The notes under the pieces: generated by a model
The model's input: the letters and a program-made list of their open reading frames with translations, nothing else
Database searches by the model: none
What the model was told of the DNA's origin: nothing
Shown here: piece after piece, positions 61,747 to 64,000 of the stretch
Layout of the letters: each line of letters opens with the position of its first letter
Numbering within the stretch: the stretch's first letter is position 1
Origin: an uncultured delta proteobacterium
GTDB lineage: Bacteria; Desulfobacterota; Syntrophorhabdia; Syntrophorhabdales; WCHB1-27
Length of the DNA stretch: 64,000 nt
Reading direction: 5' to 3'
Assembly (NCBI GenBank): GCA_963717985.1
Contig: CAVQYC010000007.1
Span: 101,033 to 165,032, forward strand
Position numbers and translations under genes: made by a program

Positions 61747-62632
61747 CGTCGCCTCCTTGTTTTGCGTTCCTGCCGTAGCGCCAGTACCCTATCGCGTTCG
61801 CCATCACCGGCTCACTCACGATGAGTAGGCCGTGTCTGCTCGCAAAGTCCTTTATCATGGCGCCGCCCCCTCCGATGACGCCCAGGTCGGGATGAGCGGG
61901 AAGCTTCTCCAGATAATGGTCCACGAACGAGTCGATTTGATGCACATAGCCGTTGACCTTTTCCCGAACGTCGACCGGGCATGGGGTTCCCATGTAAGCG
62001 ATCTGCTTACCCCGAAGGATGTCCAGGGCGGTCCTGAAGCCGATGGAACGTCTGTACTCGCGCAAGAATGCATTGGCGATGTCGTCGAGCACGACAGATA
62101 CGCCGATCTTATGGGTCTCCGTGGCGCTTTCCACGTATTTCCCATCGGCGAAGAAGACCATGTCCAAGGTGTGGTGGCCGACGTCGATGACGGCGACGTT
62201 TTTCCGGAAGTCGTCAGGGTAGTTTTGGATGTGGCAAAAGAATATGCCCGCACCCTGGGGGATGATCCTGATATTTCCGCTGATCCGGCAGGGCTCTCCC
62301 TTTACCCTTATGTCCGACGTCCTTATGGCGTTGACGATCTTCCGGTTATAGTCCTTCGCGTACATTCCGGGAGGAATGCCCAGCACAACGTCGCCCCCTG
62401 AGAACTTGTTGAGCCAGAGGCAATGACCCAGGATCGCTAGCCAGGCGTCCGAAGCAACAAAGCTGGATCGACGGGTGTTGTAACTGCCGCCTTCCCTCTC
62501 CGCGTCTTTCCCGACCAGATACCTGCGGCCGTTGACTACGACGGGGATCATGTCTTCGAACGCGCCCTCTTTGGTCATCAGGGCGACGGCGGTGGGGAAT
62601 ATCTGCCTATCCTTTTCCGAGCACGTCTTCGT
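61739..62632 (-). CDS. ParM/StbA-like actin-fold segregation ATPase, 3' exon only (5' exon beyond the group II intron, outside the window)
   Basis: Motifs VVLGIPPGMY, IIPQGAGIF, AVIDVGHHTLDMV, VIGGGGAMI. The N-terminal phosphate-1 motif is missing. The ORF continues upstream only through intron domains V and VI. Confidence 0.6.
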   Translation of the reverse strand, partial: TKTCSEKDRQIFPTAVALMTKEGAFEDMIPVVVNGRRYLVGKDAEREGGSYNTRRSSFVASDAWLAILGHCLWLNKFSGGDVVLGIPPGMYAKDYNRKIVNAIRTSDIRVKGEPCRISGNIRIIPQGAGIFFCHIQNYPDDFRKNVAVIDVGHHTLDMVFFADGKYVESATETHKIGVSVVLDDIANAFLREYRRSIGFRTALDILRGKQIAYMGTPCPVDVREKVNGYVHQIDSFVDHYLEKLPAHPDLGVIGGGGAMIKDFASRHGLLIVSEPVMANAIGYWRYGRNAKQGGDDG

Positions 62633-62673
62633 GTCGGGTAGCCAGGCGGCGTTACCACCGCCCGGCCCCCTAA

Positions 62674-62707
62674 GAACCGTACGTGAAGGTTTCCCCTCAT
62701 ACGGCTC
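62674..62707 (-). ncRNA. group II intron domain V
   Basis: The minus strand reads GAGCCGTATGAGGGGAAACCTTCACGTACGGTTC: AGC triad, 2-nt bulge, GAAA tetraloop. Confidence 0.9.
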
Positions 62708-62750
62708 AAGCCTATCAAAGCCGCAGCCCTTCAACCTGCGACCGGCCTTG

Positions 62751-64000
62751 CTACAGATTTCCATCGGCTTTCCATCGGCTGTCTGCCTGTCTGTGACATG
62801 TGGTGTGCATCAGGACCAGGCGGGGAGTGTCGGGTTCATCTCCGCCAACCGCTCTTTCCGCCAGGCGGTATACCCGGTAGTTGTCTCCGAGCATCTGTTG
62901 GCAGATAGGACACTTTCCTCCCTGCTTCTTGAGCATCCGCAATTCCACGTCGTGTCCCTTTACTCCATGAAGGAGCTTGGATAGGTTCCTCTGTTCGAAA
63001 TACCATTCCCATTTGTGATCGAAGGGATTCGCTTCCGCCCTGATTCTCACGTGACGGACGATCTTGGTACGATTCACTGCATATAGTCTGTATATCACCA
63101 TCCGCCCCTTCACCCTCTCCGATGCGGCAAACACCCAGCTTCTCGTTCCTTCCTTACGGAAGTATCTACGGGCGGTCCATCTTCCGCCTTTATCCGGATG
63201 TCTGCGCCGTGCCCATCGCCACAGTCTCTGCCAAATCGCGTGTCCCACTTTACTGAACGTCTCCGACGACACCGCATGCCTGTGATAGTTCGCCCACCCC
63301 CGCAATACCGGGTTGAGCATTATGATAAGGTTGGCTTGCTTCGCCGTCTTGTTGGCTCCTATGATATTCCGTACCTTTCGCAGGAATGCCTTGACGTTAT
63401 CCTTGCTTGGCCTGATGAGGAGCTTGCCTTTAAACTTCCTCACATTCCACCCAAGGAAATCGAATCCTTCATCCACGTGCGTGATCCTGGTCTTTTCTTC
63501 GGATAGTTCCAGGCCCCTGGCCTTGAGAAACTCCCTGACCAATGGTTTGACCTGGTTTTCCAGGAGCTCTTTCGATTCTCCCGTTATCACGAAGTCGTCC
63601 GCGTATCTGACATAGTTGACCTTAAAGGAGTGCTCCACTCTCTTTCCTCCCACCGTGGTTCTTTGTTTCCGGAAGGTTTCCTTTAAGAGTATTTGCAGTC
63701 CGTCCAGGGCCATATTTGCCAGCGCTGGCGAAATAATCCCCCCTTGAGGGGTCCCGGAACTCGTCGGGTTGAAAGACCCCAGTTCCATGAAACCTGCCTT
63801 CAGCCACTTCCTGAGCATCGACTTGTCCATAGGGATGTTGTCTAACAGCCAGGAGTGACTGAGATTATCGAAACAGCCCTTGATGTCCCCTTCTAAAATC
63901 CATTGCGCGGATGCGGGTCCGCTGAGCTGGTGAAAACAACCTTCCATTGCGTCCGCAGTACTCCTCGCTGTTCGGAACCCGTAGGAGTGTCTATCCGCCG
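62751..64000 (-). CDS. group II intron-encoded reverse transcriptase/maturase with HNH endonuclease domain (N-terminus truncated by window edge)
   Basis: RT motifs YGFRTARSTADA (read by hand to the window edge), GTPQGGIISPALANM, YVRYADDFVI. Maturase X domain. C-terminal CPICQQ...HTTCH HNH/zinc motif. Confidence 0.9.
   Translation of the reverse strand, partial: ADRHSYGFRTARSTADAMEGCFHQLSGPASAQWILEGDIKGCFDNLSHSWLLDNIPMDKSMLRKWLKAGFMELGSFNPTSSGTPQGGIISPALANMALDGLQILLKETFRKQRTTVGGKRVEHSFKVNYVRYADDFVITGESKELLENQVKPLVREFLKARGLELSEEKTRITHVDEGFDFLGWNVRKFKGKLLIRPSKDNVKAFLRKVRNIIGANKTAKQANLIIMLNPVLRGWANYHRHAVSSETFSKVGHAIWQRLWRWARRRHPDKGGRWTARRYFRKEGTRSWVFAASERVKGRMVIYRLYAVNRTKIVRHVRIRAEANPFDHKWEWYFEQRNLSKLLHGVKGHDVELRMLKKQGGKCPICQQMLGDNYRVYRLAERAVGGDEPDTPRLVLMHTTCHRQADSRWKADGNL

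Larger units (their letters stand above)
62633..64000 (-). mobile_element. group II intron, 3' portion (domain IV ORF, domains V and VI); 5' part outside the window
   Basis: RT/maturase/HNH ORF. Canonical domain V 43 nt after its stop. Domain VI hairpin with a bulged A (62639) 6 nt before a terminal ...GAC. Confidence 0.85.

Noticed and set aside
62633-62764. First 44 codons of the 341-aa track ORF (MEICSKAGRRLKGCGFDRLEPYEGKPSRTVLRGPGGGNAAWLPD)
   Set aside because: This stretch is the translation of group II intron domains IV (3' part), V and VI. It is treated as intron RNA, not ParM coding sequence.

Overview
64-kb window of a moderately GC-rich bacterial chromosome. It is probably an uncultured anaerobe; the lineage cannot be fixed from sequence alone. 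About 70 protein genes are supported.

**1-17.5 kb, housekeeping.** pepP-efp, tmk-holB-PSP1-metG, larC-larB, and the conserved ffh-rpsP-KH-rimM-trmD-rplS-rnhB-yraN ribosome/SRP cluster. Then transaldolase, a class II aldolase, a tungsten-type aldehyde:ferredoxin oxidoreductase, folK and tatA.

**17.8-22 kb, cell shape.** One M23 endopeptidase gene is followed by five tandem bactofilin paralogs. Three of them are nearly identical at the DNA level.

**22.2-25 kb, cobalamin-regulated transport.** A cobalamin riboswitch with promoter and terminator precedes cbiM. cbiM is followed by an ABC-2 ATPase/permease pair instead of cbiNQO.

**27-41.2 kb, accessory defence-type island.** This is the most interesting block.
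- An XRE-HTH::SNF2 helicase::DUF3883 fusion, a DUF1156 DNA methyltransferase, a DUF499 ATPase and a Fic-domain protein form one operon.
- A zinc-ribbon/DUF4062 gene pair follows. The DUF4062 gene is split by an IS630-family element inserted at CTAG. The pre-insertion reading frame can be rebuilt exactly.

**41.5-59 kb, mostly core genes.** DUF72, an M48 protease, a TetR-TolC-HlyD-ABC-2 efflux operon, argS, lepB, a TPR protein and a DUF362 Fe-S protein. Several frame or stop anomalies occur here, and a ~67-nt GC-hairpin repeat occurs both intergenically and in-frame inside the M48 gene.

**59.6 kb to window end, integrated element.** tRNA-Sec (selC) is directly followed by a tyrosine integrase and a ParM/ParR-like partition module. 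The parM gene is interrupted by a group II intron whose domains V and VI, branch A and RT/maturase/HNH ORF are all readable.

All calls rest on motif recognition by eye. No searches were run.
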